Assembly: GCA_050291605.1 (NCBI GenBank)
Contig: JBNKKB010000165.1
Location: forward strand, 121 to 64,120
DNA from: Desulfobacteraceae bacterium
Lineage (GTDB): Bacteria; Desulfobacterota; Desulfobacteria; Desulfobacterales; Desulfosarcinaceae
Direction of reading: 5' to 3'
Length of the DNA stretch: 64,000 bases
Shown in pieces: positions 20,605 to 29,750 of this stretch (the stretch's first letter is position 1; each line of letters opens with the position of its first letter). A program made the position numbers and the translations under genes. Under the pieces are notes generated by a model. It was given only the letters and a program-made list of their open reading frames with translations. It was not told where the DNA came from and did no database searches.

Positions 20605-20657
20605 ACTTTAACCTTTAAACCTTAAACTCCGGCGCCTACGGCGCCGGCTAAAAAAGG
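20594..20657. repeat. Compound hairpin: AT-rich GTTTAAAG palindrome followed by a perfect 8-bp GC hairpin
   Basis: agtttaaagtttaaaggtt (20594-20612) pairs with aacctttaaaccttaaact (20620-20638). It is followed by ccggcgcc-tac-ggcgccgg (20639-20657). No downstream T-run, so it is not a canonical intrinsic terminator. Confidence 0.7.
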
Positions 20658-20735
20658 GTTGAGTTTTACCCACTAAGATTGTAGAGATAATGACCATGTA
20701 AGTCCTCAAATTACTGATATTTAGGGGGATTTTTG

Positions 20736-21140
20736 ATGAAGAAATTAAAGTATAGCATTTGGCTGCTTTTGGCTGGATTTTTGGGGATGCTGATCTACCA
20801 AAACCAGACTTTATTCCTTGCGAAATACAGCCTGGACATCAATTTGGGCGTTACGCGATACCATATCCCCGAGATTTACGTTGTTGTGATGATCGCCATA
20901 TTCTTTTTTGCCGGTATTTTGGTTGCTTATGCAGCCGGCTTGATTGAACGCTATCGGGCCCATCAAAACATCCGCGCTTTAAAACGAACCATTGACTCGT
21001 ATTCCGGGACCATATCCACTTTGAAACAAGAAGTGGCAGCGCTCAAACCGCACACCCAAAGCGCTATAGCGCGGCAAGACGTTGCACCGGAGTCCGGCGT
21101 AACCAACGGGGCCGAAACCGTGCAAAATAAGTCGCAATAG
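20736..21140 (+). CDS. Small membrane protein, LapA-domain (DUF1049)-like
   Basis: Two TM helices, then a coiled-coil-like tail (IRALKRTIDSYSGTISTLKQEVAALK). The ATG at 20736 is preceded by AGGGGG. Confidence 0.55.
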   Translation: MKKLKYSIWLLLAGFLGMLIYQNQTLFLAKYSLDINLGVTRYHIPEIYVVVMIAIFFFAGILVAYAAGLIERYRAHQNIRALKRTIDSYSGTISTLKQEVAALKPHTQSAIARQDVAPESGVTNGAETVQNKSQ

Positions 21141-21252
21141 CATTTGCTGCATTTTTTTAGCGTATCATCTCCCAAAATGCACTGCTATGGGTCCACCATA
21201 CAGAACACCGACTATCGGGTAGAAACAGATACAGGATGAATACTCGCCCATC

Positions 21253-23868
21253 ATGAGCAAACCTAAGACCACCCCCATGTTGAAACAATATCTCGCCATC
21301 AAAGAGCAATACAAAGATGCCATTTTGTTTTACCGCATGGGTGACTTTTATGAGATGTTTTTCGAAGATGCCCAAGTGGCGTCCCGGGCTTTGGAAATTA
21401 CGTTAACATCACGAAATAAAAAAGAAAACGTACCGGTACCCATGTGCGGTGTGCCGTACCGGGCGGCTCAATCCTACCTGGCCCGGCTCATTGATAAGGG
21501 CTATAAAGTGGCGGTTTGCGACCAGGTGGAAGACCCGGCCGAAGCCAAGGGCCTTGTCAAGCGCGAAGTGGTGCGGGTGGTTACGCCCGGCATGATTGTG
21601 GAAAACGAAATGTTGGCGGCCAAGGACAATAACTACCTGCTGGCCTTGGCAGTCAATGCGCATGCGGCGGGAATTGCATATATGGATATCTCAACGGGCA
21701 CCTTTCGCGTGACCGAAACCATCGACCACCAGAAAATCGTTGAGGAAGTTCAGCGCGTTGGCCCAAGGGAGGTACTGCTGCCGGTCGGGCTGCGGCATGA
21801 TGCGCTGATGGCCAAGATTGAAAAAGGGCTACCCCACAGGGCTATTAATTGGACTGCGGATGAAAATTTCGATCCCCGGCGAGGCAGCCAAAAACTGCTT
21901 GAGCAATTTCAGACCGTGACGCTGGAGGGCTTTGGATGTCAACACATGAAAGCAGGCTTGGGCGCTGCCGGCGCCTTGCTTGACTATATACAGGAGACTC
22001 AAAAACAATCGGTCTCCCATTTTCAGCGCATTACCAGTTATAGTCTGGATGACCATTTAATTGTGGACCACCTGAGCCGCCACAATTTAGAGCTGGAACA
22101 CAATATTCGAAACGGCAGTCAGCGCGGGACCCTTATTCATATTTTAGATCAGACGGTCACTGCCATGGGCGGTCGCCGGTTGAAACAGTGGATGCGCTAT
22201 CCTTTGTTGTCCCCGCAAAACATCGGGATGCGTCTGGATGGTATAGATGCATTGTTGGTCAATAGCGATATCCGCCAAGCGCTCATTGCGACCTTCGATT
22301 CGATTTATGATCTGGAAAGATTGAACAGCAAGATAGTCATGGGACATGCCAACGCGAGGGATTTGGTGGCCTTAAAGCACTCGTTGTCGGTATTGCCTGA
22401 AATTTGGGATGCGCTCGACCCATTGCATGGCGATCTTTTTCGCTCCCCTGTGCCCTTGGACGCCCTGGTTGTTTTGCGTCAACTATTGGAATCCGCCATA
22501 CGTGAGGATGCGCCGCCATCACTTCATGACGGTGGTCTGATCAAAGAGGGCTACCATGCCGAACTGGATGAATTGATCCATATCTGCCGCGACGGCAAAG
22601 GCTACCTGGCTCAATTGGAGGCCCTTGAAAAAGAGCGCACCGGTATCACCACGCTCAAGGTTCGTTTTAATAAAGTCTTTGGCTATTATATCGAGGTGCC
22701 CAAAACACAGGCTCAATCCGTACCGGATCACTATCTGCGCAAACAAACCCTGGTTAATGCCGAGCGCTACATCACCGATGAACTAAAACAATTTGAAGAG
22801 AAGGTGCTCAGTGCCGAGGACCAGCGCTGTTCATTGGAGTTGACGTTATTCAACGATATTCGGCAAGAAGTTGGCCAAAACAGCGACGACATTCAAATGG
22901 CGGCCGATTTTATTGCACGTATAGACTGCTTGTTGTCCTTGGCAACGGTGGCGGAACAAAACGACTATTGTCGACCGAAGATCAACACTTCAGGCGAGAT
23001 TTTGATCCGGGAAGGACGTCATCCGGTAGTTGAAAAGATGGTCAGTGGCGAACGTTTTGTGCCCAATACCATCCAAATGGACAATGAAACACAGCAGATT
23101 CTTATTATCACCGGGCCCAACATGGCAGGCAAATCAACTATATTGCGACAGGTGGCGCTGACCGTAATTCTGGCGCAAATGGGATCGTTTGTGCCCGCGT
23201 CTAGTGCCAACATCTGTATAACGGATCGAATATTTACGCGTGTCGGCGCCTTGGACAACCTTTCTGCCGGGCAAAGCACCTTTATGGTGGAGATGCAAGA
23301 GACGGCCAATATCATAAACCATGCCACTGCTCAAAGTTTAGTGGTGATGGACGAGATTGGTCGAGGGACCAGCACGTATGATGGTTTGAGCATTGCCTGG
23401 GCAGTTGCCGAGCAATTGCATGACTTGGATCAAAAAGGTGTCAAAACACTGTTTGCCACCCACTATCATGAATTGACCCACTTGGCCCAATCCAAGCCAA
23501 GGGTCCGGAACTTCAATATCGCGGTTAAAGAATGGGAAAACCAGGTGATCTTTTTACGAAAACTTATTCCTGGCGGCACCAACCGCAGCTATGGCATTCA
23601 GGTTGCCCGCCTGGCGGGCATTCCTGAAGATGTGGTTGAACGCGCCAAGAAAATATTGGAACATATTGAAAATTCGGCACCAGAGGGGCCGAAAATGGGC
23701 GGTAGCGGCACACGCTTTGACCCGGATCATGTGCAGCCGGTGCAACTTGATATGTTCCATTCTGGTGAAAGTGAAGTGATTCAGATGCTCCGGAGGGTTG
23801 ACGTTAATACCACCACCCCATTAGAATCACTGAAGTTGTTACAAAAGTTGCAAGAAAAACTCAAATAG
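21253..23868 (+). CDS. mutS: DNA mismatch repair protein MutS
   Basis: 871 aa. N-terminal TPMLKQYLAIKEQYKDAILFYRMGDFYEMFFEDA, Walker A GPNMAGKST, STFMVEM and DEIGRGTSTYDG. Confidence 0.97.
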   Translation: MSKPKTTPMLKQYLAIKEQYKDAILFYRMGDFYEMFFEDAQVASRALEITLTSRNKKENVPVPMCGVPYRAAQSYLARLIDKGYKVAVCDQVEDPAEAKGLVKREVVRVVTPGMIVENEMLAAKDNNYLLALAVNAHAAGIAYMDISTGTFRVTETIDHQKIVEEVQRVGPREVLLPVGLRHDALMAKIEKGLPHRAINWTADENFDPRRGSQKLLEQFQTVTLEGFGCQHMKAGLGAAGALLDYIQETQKQSVSHFQRITSYSLDDHLIVDHLSRHNLELEHNIRNGSQRGTLIHILDQTVTAMGGRRLKQWMRYPLLSPQNIGMRLDGIDALLVNSDIRQALIATFDSIYDLERLNSKIVMGHANARDLVALKHSLSVLPEIWDALDPLHGDLFRSPVPLDALVVLRQLLESAIREDAPPSLHDGGLIKEGYHAELDELIHICRDGKGYLAQLEALEKERTGITTLKVRFNKVFGYYIEVPKTQAQSVPDHYLRKQTLVNAERYITDELKQFEEKVLSAEDQRCSLELTLFNDIRQEVGQNSDDIQMAADFIARIDCLLSLATVAEQNDYCRPKINTSGEILIREGRHPVVEKMVSGERFVPNTIQMDNETQQILIITGPNMAGKSTILRQVALTVILAQMGSFVPASSANICITDRIFTRVGALDNLSAGQSTFMVEMQETANIINHATAQSLVVMDEIGRGTSTYDGLSIAWAVAEQLHDLDQKGVKTLFATHYHELTHLAQSKPRVRNFNIAVKEWENQVIFLRKLIPGGTNRSYGIQVARLAGIPEDVVERAKKILEHIENSAPEGPKMGGSGTRFDPDHVQPVQLDMFHSGESEVIQMLRRVDVNTTTPLESLKLLQKLQEKLK

Positions 23869-23895
23869 CCGTTTATAAAGATACGAGTGCGTTCT

Positions 23896-25908
23896 ATGCC
23901 CAAGTTTATAAAGCATTGCCCGATGACCCTGCGGATTCTGATGCTTGTCTGTCTGTTGATTGCAGTTCCCGTTGCCAACGTTTGGGCGGCTTCAGCCAAA
24001 ACCAAATACTATGCTGCAGAACGATGTTATTTGCAGCTGAAAAAAAATACCCGACATCAACAGTATCGACACCGCTGGCTCTTGTGCATCAACAAGTTTT
24101 TAGCCGTCCATCGCCATGACTCGCGCGGCGTGTGGGCGGCCGCGGGCCTTTATCAGGCAGGTCGCTTATATGGTGAAATGTACAAACGGTCCTATTACAC
24201 TCCGGACAAGCAGGAGGCCCTTGATATCTTTGACCGGGTCATTCGCGGGTATCCCAAGAGCCAATACCGCGCCAAGGCCGAATTGGCCAAGCGCAGTCTA
24301 AACAATAAAGGAAAAAAAAGCGCCCCAACCCATGACGTCTCCTCTGCCCGGGGCTGGTATGATAAAGGGCAGGCGCGCTACCAAAAACTACAAAAATCAG
24401 AACGTTTGAAAAAATATCGGGATCAGTGGCTGCAGTGCATTCAATACTATCGCAAAGCGTATCAAAAAGAACCGGAAGGGCCACTGGCAGCCGCCGCCCT
24501 TTATGGCGTGGCAAGCTGTTATGCAGGACTCTATAAATATTCCTATAAAGCTCTGGACCGAACCCAATCCCAAAAGAGTTTCCAGGAAGTGGTGCGCAAG
24601 TTTCCGGAGAGCCCATATGCGCAAAAAGCTCGAACCGCGTTGGGCCAAGGTGCGGATGAAACGGATGAATCTGCCAATGATACCATTGCCGGCGTGATTC
24701 GGAAATCGGGTGAAGCATCCATTCTCTCCGATCGGATCCACTCGCAGAGCGCATCCATGGACCAACCTGCTTCAGTGGAGGGTTTGCGCTTTTGGTCCAA
24801 TCCACGCTACACCCGCGTGGTCATCGATGCAGACAGAGACACTGTATTTACATACCATGAATTGAGGGAAGATCCGGACATCGGCAAGCCGCAACGCATT
24901 TATATCGATGTGCACCACAGTCGGTTAGGCCAGAGCTTGCAAAAAGTGGTACCCATCAATGACAATCTGCTCAGCGACGCCCGCGCCGGACAATATACGC
25001 CCGACACGGTCCGCGTGGTGGTGGATATCAAGTCTTTTAAGACCTACAAAATATTCTCACTTAAAAACCCCTATCGTATCGTATTGGATGTGTGGGGTTT
25101 AGAAAAGACGGACGATCGTATGATGGCCAAACCCGCACCGAGTGGCACGGGCAAGGGTAAGTTGCAGCCCAGTGCCATTGCCAAGCAATTGGCCCTCGGG
25201 GTAAGGCGCATCGTTATCGATCCGGGCCATGGCGGCAAAGATTATGGTGCACCGGGGTATTTGAAAGGAGTGCATGAAAAAAATGTGGTCTTGGAAATCG
25301 GCAAAAGTCTTCAGAATATGATACGCACCCAACTTAAATGTGAGGCCATTTTGACCCGTTCCAAAGATCAATATCTCAGTTTGGAAGAGCGTACCGCCAT
25401 TGCCATGACCCGGGATGCCGATCTGTTTATCTCCATTCATACCAATGCTTCACGCGATCGCCGTGCCTACGGTATTGAAACCTATATTCTCAATCTGGCA
25501 ACCGATGATGAGGCCATTCGGGTAGCGGCCCGTGAAAATGCTACTTCTACAAAGAATATCAGCGATCTGGATACGATTTTAGAGAGTCTGATGAATAATG
25601 CCAAAGTCAGTGAATCTTCTCGATTGGCCAGCTATGTCCAACAATCCATGGCCGGAAGCTTAAAATCTAAATTCAACCGTATCCGCAGCAAAGGTATCAA
25701 GCAGGCGCCTTTTTATGTGCTATTGGGTGCGGATATGCCCTCCATTCTTGTTGAGACCTCCTTTATCAGCAATCCGCGTGAATGCAAACGACTTAACAGC
25801 AAGAGCTATCAAAAGCAGTTATGCCAGGGCATCATCAACGGGATCAAACGCTATATGCAAGAGACCAATCCAACCGCCTTTCGTCGCTCTCAAAAAAGAA
25901 AAGGGTAG
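23896..25908 (+). CDS. N-acetylmuramoyl-L-alanine amidase (AmiC-type: signal peptide, duplicated helical N-domain, AMIN domain, Amidase_3)
   Basis: AMIN-like VEGLRFWSNPRYTRVVID...YRIVLDVWG. Amidase_3 motifs VIDPGHGGKDYGA, ADLFISIHTNA and PSILVETSFISN. Confidence 0.88.
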   Translation: MPKFIKHCPMTLRILMLVCLLIAVPVANVWAASAKTKYYAAERCYLQLKKNTRHQQYRHRWLLCINKFLAVHRHDSRGVWAAAGLYQAGRLYGEMYKRSYYTPDKQEALDIFDRVIRGYPKSQYRAKAELAKRSLNNKGKKSAPTHDVSSARGWYDKGQARYQKLQKSERLKKYRDQWLQCIQYYRKAYQKEPEGPLAAAALYGVASCYAGLYKYSYKALDRTQSQKSFQEVVRKFPESPYAQKARTALGQGADETDESANDTIAGVIRKSGEASILSDRIHSQSASMDQPASVEGLRFWSNPRYTRVVIDADRDTVFTYHELREDPDIGKPQRIYIDVHHSRLGQSLQKVVPINDNLLSDARAGQYTPDTVRVVVDIKSFKTYKIFSLKNPYRIVLDVWGLEKTDDRMMAKPAPSGTGKGKLQPSAIAKQLALGVRRIVIDPGHGGKDYGAPGYLKGVHEKNVVLEIGKSLQNMIRTQLKCEAILTRSKDQYLSLEERTAIAMTRDADLFISIHTNASRDRRAYGIETYILNLATDDEAIRVAARENATSTKNISDLDTILESLMNNAKVSESSRLASYVQQSMAGSLKSKFNRIRSKGIKQAPFYVLLGADMPSILVETSFISNPRECKRLNSKSYQKQLCQGIINGIKRYMQETNPTAFRRSQKRKG

Positions 25909-25956
25909 GGGGTAAATTTTTGGGTTCACCACATAAAAAAACAGGAGATTCGTTTT

Positions 25957-26748
25957 ATGAGCTATGAACATATCATTGTTGAGGTTTCAGAAGGGATTGC
26001 GACCATCACCTTTAACCGGCCCAAGGCCCTGAACGCACTCAATACGGCTTTATTGGAAGAGTTATGTCTTGCCGTGGACGCCATTGAGAAAGATGAGACA
26101 GTTTGTGTGCTGGTGTTGACCGGTGCCGGTGAAAAGGCTTTCATCGCCGGCGCAGATATCAATGAACTGGCCGAATTGAGCGTTCTGCAGGCCAAAAGCT
26201 TTGGCCAGAAGGGCCATGCCGTGATCGATAAAATCGCCGCCTTACCCATACCTGTGATTGCCGCCGTCAATGGGTATGCATTGGGCGGTGGCACTGAGAT
26301 GGCACTGGCTTGCGATTTTATCTACGCTGCTGAAAACGCTTCGTTTGGATTGCCCGAAACCACTTTGGGACTGATACCCGGTTTTGGGGGAACTCAACGT
26401 CTGGCGCGTTTGATCGGTCCCAACCAGGCCAAAGAGCTGATCTATACCGGAAAAATTATTCCGGCCGGTGAGGCCAAAGCTTTGGGAATTGCCAACCAAA
26501 TTTTTGATCCCGAGCGACTCATGGAAGAAGCGGAAGCGACGGCACGCAATATTGTGGCCAAAGGGCGTGTATCGATCCGTGCCGCGAAACAAGCGATCAA
26601 TATCGGCTTAAATGCCGACCTGGCCACCGGCTTGAAGATAGAGCAGGATGCGTTTGCGCTGTGCATGGCCAGTCAAGATGCGAAAGAGGGCACACAAGCT
26701 TTTTTGGAGAAACGAAAGGCCGCTTTTAAGGGAAGCTTGAGCGAGTAG
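25957..26748 (+). CDS. Enoyl-CoA hydratase (crotonase family)
   Basis: 263 aa. Motifs ITFNRPKALNAL, LTGAGEKAFIAGADI, AAVNGYALGGGTEMALACD and GLPETTLGLIPGFGGTQRL. Confidence 0.92.
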   Translation: MSYEHIIVEVSEGIATITFNRPKALNALNTALLEELCLAVDAIEKDETVCVLVLTGAGEKAFIAGADINELAELSVLQAKSFGQKGHAVIDKIAALPIPVIAAVNGYALGGGTEMALACDFIYAAENASFGLPETTLGLIPGFGGTQRLARLIGPNQAKELIYTGKIIPAGEAKALGIANQIFDPERLMEEAEATARNIVAKGRVSIRAAKQAINIGLNADLATGLKIEQDAFALCMASQDAKEGTQAFLEKRKAAFKGSLSE

Positions 26749-27012
26749 CTATTTTACGCGGGCACAAGCGACCCAAAACCCGTAAATGGTTGTATTTGAA
26801 TGCAATGGAATTTTTACTCGGGCTGCGGTTTATCTTTTTAGGATTTTAGCCGATATTGAATATATATAGCAGTACCGTTCTGCTAAAATGTGGATAAGGT
26901 ATTGTAGCTGTTAGGAAAATGACTTGGATGCGATTGACACCTGCTCGATGGATCGGCTATACTATTCCCAGGTATTGACCTTATTTGCATCGCTTTGGAA
27001 AGGTATGAAAAA

Positions 27013-27285
27013 ATGACACAAGGGCAGCAACCCAAGGCCGGTGGCCAGCTCATCTGGGGGGTCGCATTAATCCTTGTGGGGATTGGCGTTTTTCTGCGCA
27101 TTCCACAAGTGATGCCCAAGTTGGCTGAATTGGAGCAATTTGTTGGTGCCATGGGTTTTATTCGCTTTTGTTTATATTTAATGGGAATTATCCTGCTGGG
27201 TGGCGGCATCAAGAAAATCATAGCATATATCCAATCCCCGGTGAGTGTATCCGAGGAGCAATCCGGTGAGAATACCCGAAGCTGA
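27013..27285 (+). CDS. Small two-TM membrane protein (hypothetical)
   Basis: Two clear hydrophobic helices (LIWGVALILVGIGVFL; FIRFCLYLMGIILLGGGI). It sits directly upstream of the GAF-GspE gene. The overlapping 168-aa minus-strand ORF looks non-coding. Confidence 0.5.
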   Translation: MTQGQQPKAGGQLIWGVALILVGIGVFLRIPQVMPKLAELEQFVGAMGFIRFCLYLMGIILLGGGIKKIIAYIQSPVSVSEEQSGENTRS

Positions 27286-27314
27286 TCTACCCATGAAGTG
27301 CGTTGTAGATCGTT

Positions 27315-29615
27315 TTGAGTATCCGAACCTGCATAAAGAATGGGGCGAAACCATTGAAAACTGATCTCGATTCCCGTACCAGCCTTCAAGAAATCGGCAA
27401 CAAAATCAATGCGGCCCGCGATCTAGATGAGATCCTGATTGATCTTAAGGACGACATTATATCTTTGTTTAAAGCAGAGCGTATGACCGTTTATGTAGTC
27501 GATGGCGTGAAACGCGAATTGGTTTCGCGCTTTAAATCCGGCAGTGAAGTCTCTGAGATTCGAATCCCCGTGAACAAGGGGTCCCTTGCCGGCTATTCCG
27601 CATTGACCCATAAATTGGTCAATGTCTCCAACGTCTACGATGACAAAGAGGTTGCCGCTGTCGACAAGGCCCTCAAATTTGACAAAAGTTGGGATCAAAA
27701 AACCGGGTATCGCACCAAACAGGCCCTGGTTTATCCCATCATTTTTCAAAAATACCTAATGGGGGTATTGCAGCTGATCAACCGCAAGGAAGGCGATGGC
27801 TTCACCCCCACGGATGAACAATTGGTGACCGACCTGGCCAAGATCATCGGGATTGCCCTTTACAACCAGAAACGTATTGCTGCTCGTGTGGGGCGGGGTG
27901 GAAAATTTGATCATTTGTTGGAAAACCATCTGGTTACCCAAAAAGAGCTTACCAAAGCCATTACCAATGCACGAAGTCGCAAAGAGGCTGTGGAAACAGT
28001 CTTAATGCGGGAGTATAAAATCCCGAAAAGTGAGCTGGGTGAATCACTGGCGCGTTACTATAAAACAACTTTCGTTGCCTATAATCCCACCTTTCCCATA
28101 CCCGGCGAACTGTTGGCAGGCCTTAAAGTGCCTTTTATGCGCAACAATACCTGGGTACCGCTGAGAACTGAAGATGAACAGCCGGTGATTGCCATCGACG
28201 ATCCGCTGGACCTGAAACGTGTCGATGAAATCAAAGCGCTTTTTCCCGGTCGACGGCCCAAGTTTGTGGTGGCTTTCACCCAGGATGTCCTTGATTTTAT
28301 CAAATTGTTTACCCAGGACGAACAAGAGCTGGCTGAGATTGACGATATTCTATCCCAATTAGAAGATGAAACCGGTGAGATCGAAGAAGCTGAAAGCGGT
28401 GTGGGTGAGGAAGACAGCGCCGTGGTGCAATTGGTCAATAAAATCATATTAGATGCTTACGTGCGTAACGCTTCGGATATCCATATCGAGCCTTATCCGG
28501 GTAAGCAAAATGCCGTGGTGCGCATTCGGGTGGATGGATCGTGCACCGTTTACCAAACCATCCCCTTTGCCTATCGTAATGCAGTGGTGTCGCGTATCAA
28601 GATTATGGCGGATCTGGACATTGCCGAGAGGCGCTTGCCTCAAGACGGCAAGATCAAGTTTAAAAAGTATGGCGGCAAAGACATCGAACTGCGCGTGGCC
28701 ACCGTCCCCACCCAAGGCGGCATTGAAGATGTGGTCATGCGTATTTTAGCAGCCGGCGAGCCGATTCCTTTGGCCAAAATCGGATTTTCAGAACGCAACT
28801 ATGAAAGTTTTGTTGATTCTGTGACCAATCCTTATGGTCTGGTCCTGGTGTGCGGCCCCACCGGTTCGGGTAAAACCACCACCTTGCACTCCGCCTTGGC
28901 CCATATCAATAAGACCGAAACCAAGATCTGGACCGCTGAGGACCCTGTCGAAATCACCCAGAAAGGGCTACGTCAAGTTCAAGTCAAGCCCAAGATCGGA
29001 TTTAATTTTGCCGCGGCGATGCGTTCTTTCCTGCGCGCGGATCCGGATGTCATCATGGTGGGCGAAATGCGCGACAAGGAGACGACCCACATCGGCATTG
29101 AAGCATCGCTGACCGGGCATTTGGTTTTTTCCACCTTGCACACCAACAGCGCGCCTGAAAGTATTACCCGTTTGCTGGATATGGGCATGGACCCTTTCAA
29201 CTTTGCCGATGCCATTTTGTGTATCATGGCGCAACGCCTGGTCAGGACCCTGTGCCCGGACTGTAAAAAAGAGTACAACCCCACAGAAGCCGAATTCCAA
29301 GAGCTGGTACGTGAGTACGGCCCTGAAGATTGGGAGAAAAATGTAAAACTCAAATACAGCCAGGATATCCCCCTCTTTAAACCCAATGGCTGTGATAGCT
29401 GCAATGGCACAGGATATCGTGGACGCATGGGTATTCATGAGTTGTTGGTGGGTACCGACGAAATGAAAAAACTGATTCAGGTCCGTTCTGAGATGGTCGT
29501 GATTCGCAACCAAGCGGTTAAAGACGGCATGACCACGTTAAAACAAGACGGTATTGAAAAAATTGTTGAGGGGCATTGCGATTTGCTCCAGGTGCGCAAA
29601 GTTTGTATCAAGTAA
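27315..29615 (+). CDS. GspE/PilB-family secretion/pilus ATPase with N-terminal GAF domain and T2SSE_N (MshEN-like) domain
   Basis: GAF-like segment from about aa 25 to 185. T2SSE_N-like segment (LLENHLVTQKELTKAI...PLRTEDEQPVIAIDDPLD). Walker A GPTGSGKTTT, Walker B/Asp box VIMVGEMRD, His box, and tetracysteine CPDC...CDSCNGTGYRGR. Apparent TTG start. Confidence 0.88.
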   Translation: MSIRTCIKNGAKPLKTDLDSRTSLQEIGNKINAARDLDEILIDLKDDIISLFKAERMTVYVVDGVKRELVSRFKSGSEVSEIRIPVNKGSLAGYSALTHKLVNVSNVYDDKEVAAVDKALKFDKSWDQKTGYRTKQALVYPIIFQKYLMGVLQLINRKEGDGFTPTDEQLVTDLAKIIGIALYNQKRIAARVGRGGKFDHLLENHLVTQKELTKAITNARSRKEAVETVLMREYKIPKSELGESLARYYKTTFVAYNPTFPIPGELLAGLKVPFMRNNTWVPLRTEDEQPVIAIDDPLDLKRVDEIKALFPGRRPKFVVAFTQDVLDFIKLFTQDEQELAEIDDILSQLEDETGEIEEAESGVGEEDSAVVQLVNKIILDAYVRNASDIHIEPYPGKQNAVVRIRVDGSCTVYQTIPFAYRNAVVSRIKIMADLDIAERRLPQDGKIKFKKYGGKDIELRVATVPTQGGIEDVVMRILAAGEPIPLAKIGFSERNYESFVDSVTNPYGLVLVCGPTGSGKTTTLHSALAHINKTETKIWTAEDPVEITQKGLRQVQVKPKIGFNFAAAMRSFLRADPDVIMVGEMRDKETTHIGIEASLTGHLVFSTLHTNSAPESITRLLDMGMDPFNFADAILCIMAQRLVRTLCPDCKKEYNPTEAEFQELVREYGPEDWEKNVKLKYSQDIPLFKPNGCDSCNGTGYRGRMGIHELLVGTDEMKKLIQVRSEMVVIRNQAVKDGMTTLKQDGIEKIVEGHCDLLQVRKVCIK

Positions 29616-29750
29616 AGGCTCAATCAAAGTTCTCTGTGCATAGCGTTAGATTCATTTACCGATAGTCACTCCTAAAAAATAAAAACAAAATTTAAATTAG
29701 AAGAGATTGAATTGCTGATCATTGCTATCGTGGTGGCAATTGAGCAATAT

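Noticed and set aside
26883-27389. 168-aa minus-strand ORF between the crotonase and GspE genes.
   Set aside because: It overlaps the GspE start and the more plausible plus-strand two-TM ORF. Its sequence is Pro/Ser/Cys-rich with no recognisable features.
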